Assembly: GCA_042584585.1 (NCBI GenBank)
Contig: JBHOSQ010000006.1
Location: 266 to 64,265 of the forward strand
Direction of reading: 5' to 3'
DNA from: an archaeon
GTDB taxonomy: Archaea > B1Sed10-29 > WALL01
DNA: 64,000 nt
The notes under the pieces are model-generated. The model made no database searches and was not told where the DNA came from. It saw only the letters and a program-made list of their open reading frames with translations. The position numbers and the translations under genes are program-made. Below are positions 55,506 through 64,000 of the stretch, in pieces (the first letter of the stretch is position 1; the number at the start of each line of letters is the position of its first letter).

Positions 55506-55924
55506 CAAACGACTGTGGCCTGGCCCGTGCCGGCGCCGTAAATGATGTACGTCACTCCTTTCGTAAGCTCAGCCGCGGCAGCCGTGCTTTGCTCGAAGGT
55601 CCATGCCTCTTGTCCGCCGGGCCCGATGTCCGGCGCGGTTGTGGCAATCATTATTTCGAGGTTGTCGTCCAAGAGCCTTAGGGGCTGTGACACGTTATCC
55701 AAAGTAGCTGAAGCATCAAGGTTTTGGATGAGGACAGTCATTGAGTCCGACGCTGCGAGCGTGCATCGATAGGTTTGTGCGTTTATCACGATTGGCCTTT
55801 CCGGAGTTGCTTGCTTGGTGGCGAGCCCCCCAACCCAAAAGTACAGGCTGACCGCCGAAATGACTGAAATCGCTATCAGCAAAACAACGGACACGATTGG
55901 TGAAATCCCTTTCCTCATCTGCAT
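55502..55924 (-). CDS. archaeal type IV pilin-like protein (DUF1628-type N-terminus)
   Basis: MQMRKGISPIVSVVLLIAISVISAVSLYFWVGG is the class III signal peptide / pilin N-terminal helix. Confidence 0.75.
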   Translation of the reverse strand: MQMRKGISPIVSVVLLIAISVISAVSLYFWVGGLATKQATPERPIVINAQTYRCTLAASDSMTVLIQNLDASATLDNVSQPLRLLDDNLEIMIATTAPDIGPGGQEAWTFEQSTAAAAELTKGVTYIIYGAGTGQATVVC

Positions 55925-55991
55925 GAGTACCCCGTCTTCGTATAAAAAGTTTTTTATACGTGGAGCGTGTTTTGGGTAGCAGGTGAGGCAA

Positions 55992-56771
55992 ATGAACTAC
56001 AAAGCAATCCTTTTAATGTTGGTTATGATGGCGGGCGTGCTCGCGCAGCCAATCGACTTGAATTATATCAAGAACACGTACAACAGCAACATTGACTTGC
56101 TCCCCCAATTCGTCAAGAGTGTTATCGGAAACGAAAACTTGCACATTTATTACACGACGTCGGACGGAAGCACTCACGAATACGCGGCGATTACCAAGGA
56201 CGCGATGATTACCGAGGCCGCGAACTGGGTTGACGCCAACGGCGACGGCAACCACGACCCATGGGCAGTAAAGGGCATGAGCCCGTCGATGGAGCTTCGC
56301 GTGACCGAAGCCACATTGCTGCAAATAGCTTCTTCAAGCGACCCACTCAAGGCCTTGCAGAAGGCATGGGGCAAGGACATTAAGTTCAAGGGGCTCGGGA
56401 TTATACCCGGGGTAAAGACTTTTTTCATGGACATCAGCATGGCAATCGCGGGCTGGTTTGGCTCACCGGAACCACAGGCCAAGGGCGCGGCAGGCGCGCT
56501 GTGTGACCACGGCGGGGAATGCGAGAGCGGGAACTGTATTGGCGTCGGCCAAGGACCGCCCTGGACGTACAAGTGCTCCTGTGACCCGTTCAAGTACGTG
56601 GTCGAGGACCCGTGCCAGCCCACGCAGCCGGCACAGACCACCGGCAAGGCGGTCGGCGAGACGTGCAACCACGGAGGCGAGTGCGTGACCGGCAACTGCA
56701 TAGGCATTGTGCCGGGGCAGCTCTACAAGTGCTCGTGCGACCCGTTCAAGTATGACGCGTACAGCTGCTGA
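55992..56771 (+). CDS. secreted protein with duplicated Cys-knot-like C-terminal motif
   Basis: Signal MNYKAILLMLVMMAGVLAQ. Two copies of G..C.HGGEC.(S/T)GNCIG....YKCSCDPFKY. Confidence 0.6.
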   Translation: MNYKAILLMLVMMAGVLAQPIDLNYIKNTYNSNIDLLPQFVKSVIGNENLHIYYTTSDGSTHEYAAITKDAMITEAANWVDANGDGNHDPWAVKGMSPSMELRVTEATLLQIASSSDPLKALQKAWGKDIKFKGLGIIPGVKTFFMDISMAIAGWFGSPEPQAKGAAGALCDHGGECESGNCIGVGQGPPWTYKCSCDPFKYVVEDPCQPTQPAQTTGKAVGETCNHGGECVTGNCIGIVPGQLYKCSCDPFKYDAYSC

Positions 56772-56855
56772 AAAGTGGTAGGTTGGCACCGGCCCAAGCC
56801 GGTGCCCCCGCCCTAACCCCCCTCCTTTTTAATTCTATTTTTGCATTAAACTAGT

Positions 56856-58370
56856 GTGGAAAAGGCAAGGACGCTTATTGTGTCGCACACGCTAAGCGGC
56901 GGGGCACAGCGGGCAATAGAGTCGCCAGCACTCGGCGCGATGGCGATTGCGGACGCCATGCACGCAAAGGTCTATCCCTACGAAAATCCGGTGGAGCTGC
57001 TGCCGAATTTTTTGCACAAAAAGCGGTTCAACATCGTGGGATTCAGCACGTTCAGGCCCAGCGCGGACAGGCCCGAGCAAAAAAAAGCGACCGAGAAGTT
57101 AGTCGACTCGATAGAAAAAGTTCGTGGGCAAAAGCCTGGCATGCTCATAATGCTTGGCGGCCACGGGGTCACGACTTATCCCGAGCAGTTCATGAAGAAC
57201 ACGGGCGCGCACATTGGTGTTCTGGGCGTGCACGGCGAGGCAATCGCGACTGGGAAGGAGCTGGCAAAGAAGCTGCCGAAGAGCGCGGTAAAGAACGGCG
57301 AGCTCACGAAACCTGGGTTCAACGCATTGATGAAAATCCCTGGGCTTGTCGTCAAGTACAATGGCGAGCTGCACTGGACGGGTGAGAGAGAGCCGCCCGC
57401 AGAGCTGCCCGTACCGTCGTACAAGCACGAGGTTGGGGGGGGCCAGCATTTTGCGTATATGCCAGAGCCATGGGGCGTCATAGCTGTTTTCGCCGAAAGG
57501 GCGCTTTGCGAAAAATCACTTTCCGAATTGGCGTGTATTTACTGCCAGCCCGCACACTCTCTGCAAAGGATTGAAAAAAAGTCTTTGCGGAACATGACGC
57601 AAGCTAATCCAAAGGATTGCGTGCAGGCCATCAAAAACGCGGTCGGGGCATTCCGCAGGAAGCGCAAGGGAAAAAAGCCCGAGAAGTTCATGATTGGTTT
57701 CCACAACGACGCCATGCCCATTGGGCTCATGGAAGGTATACTGGAGGAAATCCGCGAAGCCCCCAGCCTTGACCTCAAAAAAATGCAGATGGGGTTTATG
57801 ATGAGGCCAGACCAGCTCAGCCCGGAAAACATGGAAAAGCTTATCGAAATGAACGGTCAGTGCAACGGAATCAACATTACCGTGGGGATGGAGTTCGCCA
57901 ACGAAAACGAAATACAGGGGCTAAGACGTGCGAAGAAGGGGTCAAGATACGAGTACCCGGCGGACATTAAGGAGAGGCTGCTGAAGCTCTACAAGTCAGG
58001 CGTGAACGTCTCGACCTTTCACATCATGACCAGCATGCTCACCGACTACGAGGGGCTGAAGAGGAACCTTGAGCTGCTGCAGTGGTGCCAGAAAAACCTT
58101 CGCGATACCTCCAGCCACGCATACCTCGAGCCAAGAGGGCTGCTGCTGGAAAAAAAGGTCTTGGTGAGGAACTTTAAGTTCAAGGTCAACGGGAAAGAAT
58201 GGGAGTTCCCAGACGCGTGCCGCCCCACCGTGAAGACGGGCGAGCTCAAGAAAATGATTGCGTACTTGGAAGAAAAAAGGACTGGCAGCCCTTGGATACG
58301 GGGGCTGCTGCGGCAGATGTCGAACCACTTGATAGAAGAGTACGAGCAAAGGGAAAAAGAAGAAGGCTAG
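56856..58370 (+). CDS. hypothetical protein (possible B12-binding-like N-terminal module)
   Basis: 504 aa with a GTG start. FNIVGFSTF...IMLGGHGVT resembles the Rossmann-like module found before radical-SAM cores, but no CxxxCxxC is present. Confidence 0.5.
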   Translation: MEKARTLIVSHTLSGGAQRAIESPALGAMAIADAMHAKVYPYENPVELLPNFLHKKRFNIVGFSTFRPSADRPEQKKATEKLVDSIEKVRGQKPGMLIMLGGHGVTTYPEQFMKNTGAHIGVLGVHGEAIATGKELAKKLPKSAVKNGELTKPGFNALMKIPGLVVKYNGELHWTGEREPPAELPVPSYKHEVGGGQHFAYMPEPWGVIAVFAERALCEKSLSELACIYCQPAHSLQRIEKKSLRNMTQANPKDCVQAIKNAVGAFRRKRKGKKPEKFMIGFHNDAMPIGLMEGILEEIREAPSLDLKKMQMGFMMRPDQLSPENMEKLIEMNGQCNGINITVGMEFANENEIQGLRRAKKGSRYEYPADIKERLLKLYKSGVNVSTFHIMTSMLTDYEGLKRNLELLQWCQKNLRDTSSHAYLEPRGLLLEKKVLVRNFKFKVNGKEWEFPDACRPTVKTGELKKMIAYLEEKRTGSPWIRGLLRQMSNHLIEEYEQREKEEG

Positions 58371-58391
58371 CCGATGCCGTCCGGCAAGGCC

Positions 58392-58823
58392 TTAGCGCTC
58401 GTACGTTCCGACCAATTGTGCTTGGGCGAGGATGTGGCTGTCCATTGCCCTCTCGAGCTCTTCTTTTGACAGTCCGTCTTCCAGGTCAAGCTTTGTGTCG
58501 AGGGCGTACATCTTGAAGAAGTAGCGGTGCTTTCCGCTTGGGGGGCACGGCCCGCCATAGTCCAGCTTCCCGAAGCTGTTCATTCCCTGGATTCCGCCGA
58601 ACTCAAGCTTGTTTTCGGGCATGTTTTTCACGGGAAGGTTCCACACGACCCAGTGCACCCAAATGCCCAGCGGCGCGTCGGGGTCGTCGACAATAAGCGC
58701 GAGTGACTTTGTTCCCTCGGGGACGTCGCTGACGTCGAGTGGGGGGTTCACGTCGTCGCCGTCACAAGTGTATTTTGCGGGAATCGGCTGCATTTCGCCG
58801 AAAGCACTGCTCGTTAGTTTCAT
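58392..58823 (-). CDS. YbhB/YbcL family PEBP (Raf-kinase-inhibitor-like) protein
   Basis: IPAKYTCDGDDVNPPL, LIVDDPDAP.G.WVHWVVWN and GPCPPSGKHRYFFKMYALD are family hallmarks. Confidence 0.85.
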   Translation of the reverse strand: MKLTSSAFGEMQPIPAKYTCDGDDVNPPLDVSDVPEGTKSLALIVDDPDAPLGIWVHWVVWNLPVKNMPENKLEFGGIQGMNSFGKLDYGGPCPPSGKHRYFFKMYALDTKLDLEDGLSKEELERAMDSHILAQAQLVGTYER

Positions 58824-58923
58824 GCCAATAGCCTCACACAAAACAAAACGATAGAGGCATTAATTAAGTTTACGCTTGTGCCAACCCCCTATTATTATAT
58901 GGCTGTTTTGCGTGCTTTTGGGC

Positions 58924-59589
58924 GTGGAAGAAGAAAATGTGTTTTGGGCACAGCACCACAAAGGGCTTCAAAAAGCGTTGACCCCGCCAGGCGTTGGCAC
59001 GCCCCAACAAAAAGTAGAGCTCGGCTTCGAGAACAGGGTTGTGGCGGCGCTGCACACGGCTTTCCGTGGCACTCCAGTGACTGTATTGGGCCAAAAAGAA
59101 TCCGATGTGCGTTACGTGCTCCAAAAAACCAAGAAGCGCGACGGCATCGACATTTTTTCTTCGCCCGACGCTCACTTAATCACGCCGACGTCTTACATAC
59201 CAATCGAAATAAAGTTTGCGCATGACTACACGAGCAAGGCGGCAAAAAAGAAGTTCAACGCGAACGACGTCCCGCAGGCCAAGAGGTACATTGGGGGAAA
59301 TCTGTTGAAGGAAGTGTGGAGCGGGGCGTTCGCCGAATACGGCGCTCCAAAAAGCAAGAAGTCCATACTGATAACCGCACTGCCCTTGTCCAAAGAAGCG
59401 GTGCAAAGAATAATACGCGAGCATCACGTGCGCCCGGTAAGCATTTACAATTTGGAAGAGCTGGCCAACTTTTTGCCGAAGGAACTGGGCCCGCAAAGAA
59501 AAGTGATTCACGACAACTTGGCCAGCCTAAAGCGAGAGATAATAGAGTTTTTCGAGGAATACCCGGAAAAGCCAGGGCCGGCGGCGTGA
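58924..59589 (+). CDS. hypothetical protein with PD-(D/E)XK-like motif
   Basis: GTG 58924 is about 25-30 nt after TATA attattatatgg. SPDAHLITPTSYIPIEIKF fits PD-x(n)-ExK. Tentative. Confidence 0.4.
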   Translation: MEEENVFWAQHHKGLQKALTPPGVGTPQQKVELGFENRVVAALHTAFRGTPVTVLGQKESDVRYVLQKTKKRDGIDIFSSPDAHLITPTSYIPIEIKFAHDYTSKAAKKKFNANDVPQAKRYIGGNLLKEVWSGAFAEYGAPKSKKSILITALPLSKEAVQRIIREHHVRPVSIYNLEELANFLPKELGPQRKVIHDNLASLKREIIEFFEEYPEKPGPAA

Positions 59590-59604
59590 GCGAAACAACC
59601 AGCA

Positions 59605-60555
59605 TTATTTCGGTTTGACAATCGCGGCAACAATCTTCAAGTGTTCTAGGTAGTCATCCATTTCTTCGAATTCCGAGAACTGATCCCTAAGCTTTTTGAC
59701 CAGCCGGGACTGTTCCTTAATCGTTTCCGCCATTGCAGTGCGTTGCGCAACCCGAGAACTGGGTTCTTTTACTTCTTCGGCACCAGGCTTGCCGCCAACC
59801 GTTTGCCTAATCTGTTCCATCTTTTCCGACTGCGCGCGATCCTTCGCTTGCTTAAGGTCGTCCGCCACCACCTGCAGCCGTTCGTCCGCTGACGCAATCC
59901 CGAGCAAGGGATGGGACAGGAGCCCATTGTAAATTATTCTGTGGTTTTCGCTAAGCTTTATCCCGTTGACACTTTTGCTAAGGTCTTTAATGTTCGTGAC
60001 TAGGGTGTTAAAACTTGTATGAGCCCCCATAATACGCCCCTTTTTGTCTTGGGGTGGGAGTAAGCTCTTGATGTTTTCTAAGTGGGCCTGGTACTCCCGA
60101 AGGTTCTCAATCAAGTCATCGAGATCAAAGTCTACCAGTTTGTCAGCGGGTTCTTTCCTTGCCCCAACGCCGTTCCTGATATCCATTAGCTGCTCGCCAG
60201 CCTGGTCAACACAGAGCAACTGCCTGTTAAGAATCTCGTGAGCCTCTTGGTCCGCCTCGCGGGTGGTCGCGGCAGCCAGTGAATCTTCTTCACTCTCAAT
60301 ACCGGGCAGGTTGTACTCCTTCAGTACCCTGTACACCTCGTCATGGCCATCCGGGAATAATCCCTTGGCCCAGGGCATGTCGTCCCTCATCTCATCTATA
60401 ACTGGGCTAATTCGCTCATTGAAGTTCAAGTGCTTTGCAATCAAGTCCAGGCGCTTGTTTACCTTGAGGGGAGCGTCCACGAGGTCGTTCTCCATGAGTA
60501 CGCCTGGCTTGTGTCTTTCTTCATGGTTCTGGATTGGCTCCTCATGAATCGCCAT
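59605..60555 (-). CDS. hypothetical helical protein
   Basis: Track ORF of 316 aa. No domain recognised. Confidence 0.55.
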   Translation of the reverse strand: MAIHEEPIQNHEERHKPGVLMENDLVDAPLKVNKRLDLIAKHLNFNERISPVIDEMRDDMPWAKGLFPDGHDEVYRVLKEYNLPGIESEEDSLAAATTREADQEAHEILNRQLLCVDQAGEQLMDIRNGVGARKEPADKLVDFDLDDLIENLREYQAHLENIKSLLPPQDKKGRIMGAHTSFNTLVTNIKDLSKSVNGIKLSENHRIIYNGLLSHPLLGIASADERLQVVADDLKQAKDRAQSEKMEQIRQTVGGKPGAEEVKEPSSRVAQRTAMAETIKEQSRLVKKLRDQFSEFEEMDDYLEHLKIVAAIVKPK

Positions 60556-60982
60556 GACTAATTATTGCACACCAGAGGTTAAAAAGGTTTTTAAGCAAAG
60601 GCGCAATAAACCCAGTATGCAGACGGTGGGACTCACAAAGGAAGTCGTTTTGGTCGGCAAGAAGAGAGTCAAGGCACTCGCCAAGTTCGACACCGGCGCC
60701 AAAACAACGAGCATCGACTCCGGGTTGGCCAAGGCTGCGGGGCTCGGGCCAGTGCTGCGCCACAAAAAAGTCAAGAGCGCGTCATCAACCGGCCACCGGC
60801 GCGCAGTCAAAAAAGCCAGGATAACAATCGGAAAAAAGAGCTACACTGCCGAGGCGAACATCACTGCACGCCCGCACTCCCGCTGCAAAATACTGATTGG
60901 CCGCGACATAATACTGAAGAACTTTGTGATAGACGTTTCGAAGACGCACAAGGGCCCCGGCGAAGCCGAGTTCAAGCCTTAG
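60554..60982 (+). CDS. retropepsin-like aspartic protease domain protein (RimK-associated 'Zn_protease'/RimB-like)
   Basis: AKFDTGAKTTSIDSGLA (DTG) and ILIGRDIL. Convergent with, and overlapping, the RimK-like gene. The start may be the internal MQTVGL (60617). Confidence 0.6.
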   Translation: MTNYCTPEVKKVFKQRRNKPSMQTVGLTKEVVLVGKKRVKALAKFDTGAKTTSIDSGLAKAAGLGPVLRHKKVKSASSTGHRRAVKKARITIGKKSYTAEANITARPHSRCKILIGRDIILKNFVIDVSKTHKGPGEAEFKP

Positions 60983-61859
60983 CTTGCTTGTGGATGTAGC
61001 CCATTACTTTTGTGTACAAGTCAACGTCAGTCACGGTGCTGATTCCCTTGAAGCTCGGGCCGTCGTTCACTTCAATCAAAACGGGGCCGTTTTCGCTTGG
61101 GATTAAGTCGACGCCGCAAATTTCCATGCCGATTACGTTTGCCGCCTTCAAGGCAATCTCTATTTCTTCCTGCGTGGGCTTGTACGGCTTGGGCTCCCCG
61201 CCAATGGTTATGTTCGCGCGGAACTCGCCTTCCTTAACGGCTTTTCGCTTCATGGACGCGGCGATTTCGTCGCCGACCACGATGAGCCGGTGGTCCTCGC
61301 CCGGGTTCTTGACGAATTCCTCGACGTTGACTGTCTGGTTCAGCTTGGCCATCGCGTCAATAATCGGGGCGAAGTCGTTCTGTGAAGAAACAAGCATGAC
61401 TCCTTTGCCCGCCATTCCCTGCTGCAGTTTCACGACAACGGGAAACTCAAAGTCCTTCACCACGCTTTCGACGATGCGCGGCGACGTGATAAGCACTGAC
61501 TTCGGGGTCGGGAGCCCGGCCTCGGCCATTACTTTTTGGGTGTAGAACTTGTTCTTCGCGATTGAGATTGCGTCGGGCTGCACCGGCGAATAAACACCGG
61601 AGTCAACGAGCATGTCAACGATGATTGGCGCGTAGTCAATGTCCGGAGTCGAGGTGCGGGGATAGACTGCGTCGAACTCGCACAAGTTGGTGTCCTCGAA
61701 AATTACTGCGTTGCCTTTTCTGTCTGCCACTGCCTTTACTTCTTGGAACGGCGTGGTGATTGATTCTGTGAAGAACTTGCTGGATGCCTTTATCAGTTTC
61801 TCGTTTACTGCCTTGTAGTTGGTTGAACCCGCCAACAGGGCAAACTTCATGGCTTCCAC
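60972..61859 (-). CDS. rimK: RimK/LysX-family ATP-grasp ligase
   Basis: FPVVVKLQQGMAGKGVMLV, EFVKNPGEDHRLIVVGDEI, EFRANITIGGE, GVDLIPSENGPVLIEVNDGPSFKGI. Confidence 0.85.
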   Translation of the reverse strand: MEAMKFALLAGSTNYKAVNEKLIKASSKFFTESITTPFQEVKAVADRKGNAVIFEDTNLCEFDAVYPRTSTPDIDYAPIIVDMLVDSGVYSPVQPDAISIAKNKFYTQKVMAEAGLPTPKSVLITSPRIVESVVKDFEFPVVVKLQQGMAGKGVMLVSSQNDFAPIIDAMAKLNQTVNVEEFVKNPGEDHRLIVVGDEIAASMKRKAVKEGEFRANITIGGEPKPYKPTQEEIEIALKAANVIGMEICGVDLIPSENGPVLIEVNDGPSFKGISTVTDVDLYTKVMGYIHKQAKA

Positions 61860-63343
61860 AACCTCTCTATGCGCTCGCTTTCGGCGGAGCGGAACTCGTC
61901 AAGGAATTCCCGCACGTACTCGGGGAACACCTCCTCGCCCGCGCGCGTGGCCTCGCGGAATATTTGTTTCATCTTCCGCTCGAGTGCCTTGCTCAGTGTC
62001 TTGTAGTGCACCGGGTCTGAATAGTACAGCTTGTTCTTGATGCGCCAGAACGCCTTGGTCCCCTTCGGCGCGTACGCAATGTAGCTCCTTTCCTCGCCCT
62101 CGAACGGCCCCATCGCGCGCTCCATTTCCTTGTGGTTCACGACGTAGACGCCGCCTGTTTGCGCATTGGGGTCCATTATCAGCAGGCTTTCGCCTTCGAC
62201 GCCGAGGCAGAGCACAGCGTGCTTTTGGTCGCGCTTGACTCCTGGGAACAGCGCGGCCTTGTAAAAGTTAAGGACGACCAAAGCGCCTTCGGCGAGCCAC
62301 GCCTTCACTTCATCGCGCAGGTTAAGGATGTCCTTGTGTGGGACAAGCAGGCCCTGCACGTTGTTTTCGGTGAGGGCGCCCATTGCCTTCAGGGCGTTGG
62401 CTGCGGTGGTTCCGCCGGGGACGACGGTCTTGCATTCCTTGGCGATGGCTTTTTGCCCGCCCTTTGTTGGGTAGCCGAACAAGTCGAGTATCATGTTGAG
62501 GACTGCGGGCACGCACAAAGACTTTTCTTGTGCAATGTAATGCCTGCGCATTGACTCCAGGGTCTTCAATTCAAACCTGGACTTCTTGAGCCGCACTTCG
62601 TTGCTGACGAGCCGGTGGTGCGGGACAGACAAGTAGTAGCCCTTGCCCGTGTCGAGGAGTGTGGCGAAAGACGAGAAGCCGGAGACTTCGCCGTCCGCGT
62701 CGTCGACGAACACGCGCTGCCCCATCTTGAGGAAGCGTGACGACTTCAGGTAGAACCCCGCGAGCCAATCCTTCACCAGTTCTTTGCTGGAGAAGAACAC
62801 GAGCGCGGCGAGGAGGAACGCGAACGCGTAGCTGATTGCGGACATCGAGCTTTCGACGACGCTCTGGGGAATTCCGAGTTGCGTGAGCGACGCCTGCACG
62901 ACGATTAGGTAAAGGAATAATCTCAGCCCAAGCAAAAGTATTTTGATTAGTGACTCGTCGACGCCGAGCCGCTTGGAATAAATCTGTAGCTTGATGCTTG
63001 TGAACAGCAGGTCGACGAGTTCCATGACGAGGTTCACGAGCATGATGCCGAGTATGAGTAGTAGTATTGTGGACACGAGGATTGGCATGTAGTTCCCGAG
63101 GTTCACGAGCATCGCGCTCGTCAGTGACGCGTCCAGCGAGTAGACCGCCATGAACACCGTGCCGATTATGAGGGTGTAGTCGACTGCTTTTATCAACACT
63201 CTTCCGGCGGCTGACCTCTTTTTGTATTCGTCGCTGGCTATGCTGAAAAGCCTCAGCACAACAAAGCCGCCGATAAGTACGATAAGGACTTGAATGGCGC
63301 TAATCAATGCGTTGACGCCGAGCCCGGGGATTAAGTCTGCCAT
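61847..63343 (-). CDS. MscS-like membrane protein fused to a C39-like papain-fold peptidase domain
   Basis: About 5 N-terminal TM helices. MGQRVFVDDADGEVSGFSSFATLLDTGKGYYLSVPHHRLVSNEV is an MscS beta-domain-like segment. C-terminal SLCVPAVLNMILDLFGY ... QKHAVLCLGVEGESLLIMDPN gives Cys and His as in C39 peptidases. Confidence 0.6.
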   Translation of the reverse strand: MADLIPGLGVNALISAIQVLIVLIGGFVVLRLFSIASDEYKKRSAAGRVLIKAVDYTLIIGTVFMAVYSLDASLTSAMLVNLGNYMPILVSTILLLILGIMLVNLVMELVDLLFTSIKLQIYSKRLGVDESLIKILLLGLRLFLYLIVVQASLTQLGIPQSVVESSMSAISYAFAFLLAALVFFSSKELVKDWLAGFYLKSSRFLKMGQRVFVDDADGEVSGFSSFATLLDTGKGYYLSVPHHRLVSNEVRLKKSRFELKTLESMRRHYIAQEKSLCVPAVLNMILDLFGYPTKGGQKAIAKECKTVVPGGTTAANALKAMGALTENNVQGLLVPHKDILNLRDEVKAWLAEGALVVLNFYKAALFPGVKRDQKHAVLCLGVEGESLLIMDPNAQTGGVYVVNHKEMERAMGPFEGEERSYIAYAPKGTKAFWRIKNKLYYSDPVHYKTLSKALERKMKQIFREATRAGEEVFPEYVREFLDEFRSAESERIERLWKP

Positions 63344-63402
63344 AGTACAACCTCGCCTCCATTAATGAACAGCGTCTTTAAAAAGCATTGCCCGGAATCC
63401 GA

Positions 63403-63993
63403 TTATTTAAAGGCGGGGCCGCCTGCAGTGGCGTCGTTGTTGTACCCCAGGGTCTCCCAGTACCCTTCTTCTTCCCCGGAAACGACTTCTATTCGCGTTA
63501 TCCACTTCACCCACTTGTAGCCGTACTTGCTTTTGGCGACGAGCTGGAGGGGAAATCCCCTGTCGGCAGGCAAAGTCAGGTCATTGATGCCATAGGCCAA
63601 CAAAACGCTGTTTTCGCGCAAATACTCCATTGGCAGCCCAGAGGAATAGCCGTCAGACGCGTAAAACATGACATACGGGCCGGTTACACCCGCTCTATCC
63701 AGCAAATCAGTGGCCCTGAGCCCCGTCCACTTCGCTGTGAAGCCCCAGCCCTCCACACAGGGCATATACGCCACTTCCGAGTAGCGAGGGAACACAAGGA
63801 GCTCGTCATAGGACAGGGATAGCTCGTTGTCCACGAGGCCTGTGACCGCCAATGAATAGCTTTCCCTATCGATGTATTGCGTGCCTTTAATGGCGTTGTT
63901 TCCCTGCTCGCTCAAGGAATCCAGTTCCACGCCCAGGTACTCCGTGGCCTCTACTTCGGGGAGCACGGACTCAAGGACTTGCTGCTTGGGCAA
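63403..63993 (-). CDS. molybdopterin-binding oxidoreductase domain protein (MsrP/YedY / sulfite-oxidase-like)
   Basis: LAVTGLVDNELSLSYDEL...MPCVEGWGFTAKWTGL...FYASDGYSSGLP...LLAYGINDLTLPADRGFPLQLVAKSKYGYKWVKWITRIEV. The true N-terminus may lie beyond the window end. Confidence 0.75.
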   Translation of the reverse strand: MPKQQVLESVLPEVEATEYLGVELDSLSEQGNNAIKGTQYIDRESYSLAVTGLVDNELSLSYDELLVFPRYSEVAYMPCVEGWGFTAKWTGLRATDLLDRAGVTGPYVMFYASDGYSSGLPMEYLRENSVLLAYGINDLTLPADRGFPLQLVAKSKYGYKWVKWITRIEVVSGEEEGYWETLGYNNDATAGGPAFK

Positions 63994-64000
63994 ATCCGGG

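Noticed and set aside
56856-58370. Radical SAM enzyme call for the 504-aa ORF
   Set aside because: The N-terminal module looks B12-binding-like, but the CxxxCxxC cluster motif is missing (only C-x9-C-x2-C), so I kept it as hypothetical.

Overview
This is an archaeal chromosomal segment. Evidence: archaeal-type 16S 5'/3' ends and a GTGCCAGCCGCCGCGGTAA region, a tRNA-Ala(UGC) without encoded CCA in the 16S-23S spacer, and DUF1628-type pilin signal peptides. A very conserved BRE/TATA motif (AAAGCCTTTTATCCCTCC) sits about 28-30 nt upstream of ATGs, implying mostly leaderless mRNAs. The dense small genes and many lipobox or PT-linker surface proteins suggest an uncultivated, possibly DPANN-like lineage, but that is a guess. 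Layout: (1) 1-3.9 kb holds a MidA-like methyltransferase and small hypothetical genes. (2) 3.9-22.7 kb is an unusual cassette-like array. About 14 blocks of 1-4 genes (mostly secreted, membrane or Cys-rich proteins, plus one Fic gene) are separated by a structured intergenic repeat I call the H element. It has two hairpins with compensatory changes. Between blocks there are also 8 decayed copies of the promoter plus first 20-84 nt of a Cas4/RecB-like PD-(D/E)XK nuclease gene. The only intact copy (22658-23806) closes the array. (3) 23.8-35.1 kb is a visibly AT-richer defence island. It carries a type IIG R-M enzyme, a HARE-HTH/PD-(D/E)XK protein, an HNH nuclease and a C5-cytosine methyltransferase. 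It also carries a three-gene operon whose first protein fuses a MORC/Hsp90-like GHKL module to a histidine-kinase core, followed by a receiver-like protein. This is a candidate uncharacterised two-component-type defence system. (4) 35.4-40.8 kb is an rRNA operon on the minus strand (16S, tRNA-Ala, an embedded 146-aa Zn-ribbon CDS, 23S). Duplicated copies of the 23S trailer stem lie at 35165 and 21378. (5) 41-64 kb holds housekeeping and envelope genes: a LamG pilin-like adhesin, Hsp20, DedA, ACR3, EamA, transglutaminase-like lipoproteins, a BNR propeller, PEBP, a RimK cluster and a Moco oxidoreductase. I found no CRISPR array, integrase or transposase. All calls come from reading the sequence and the ORF track; no database search was possible.
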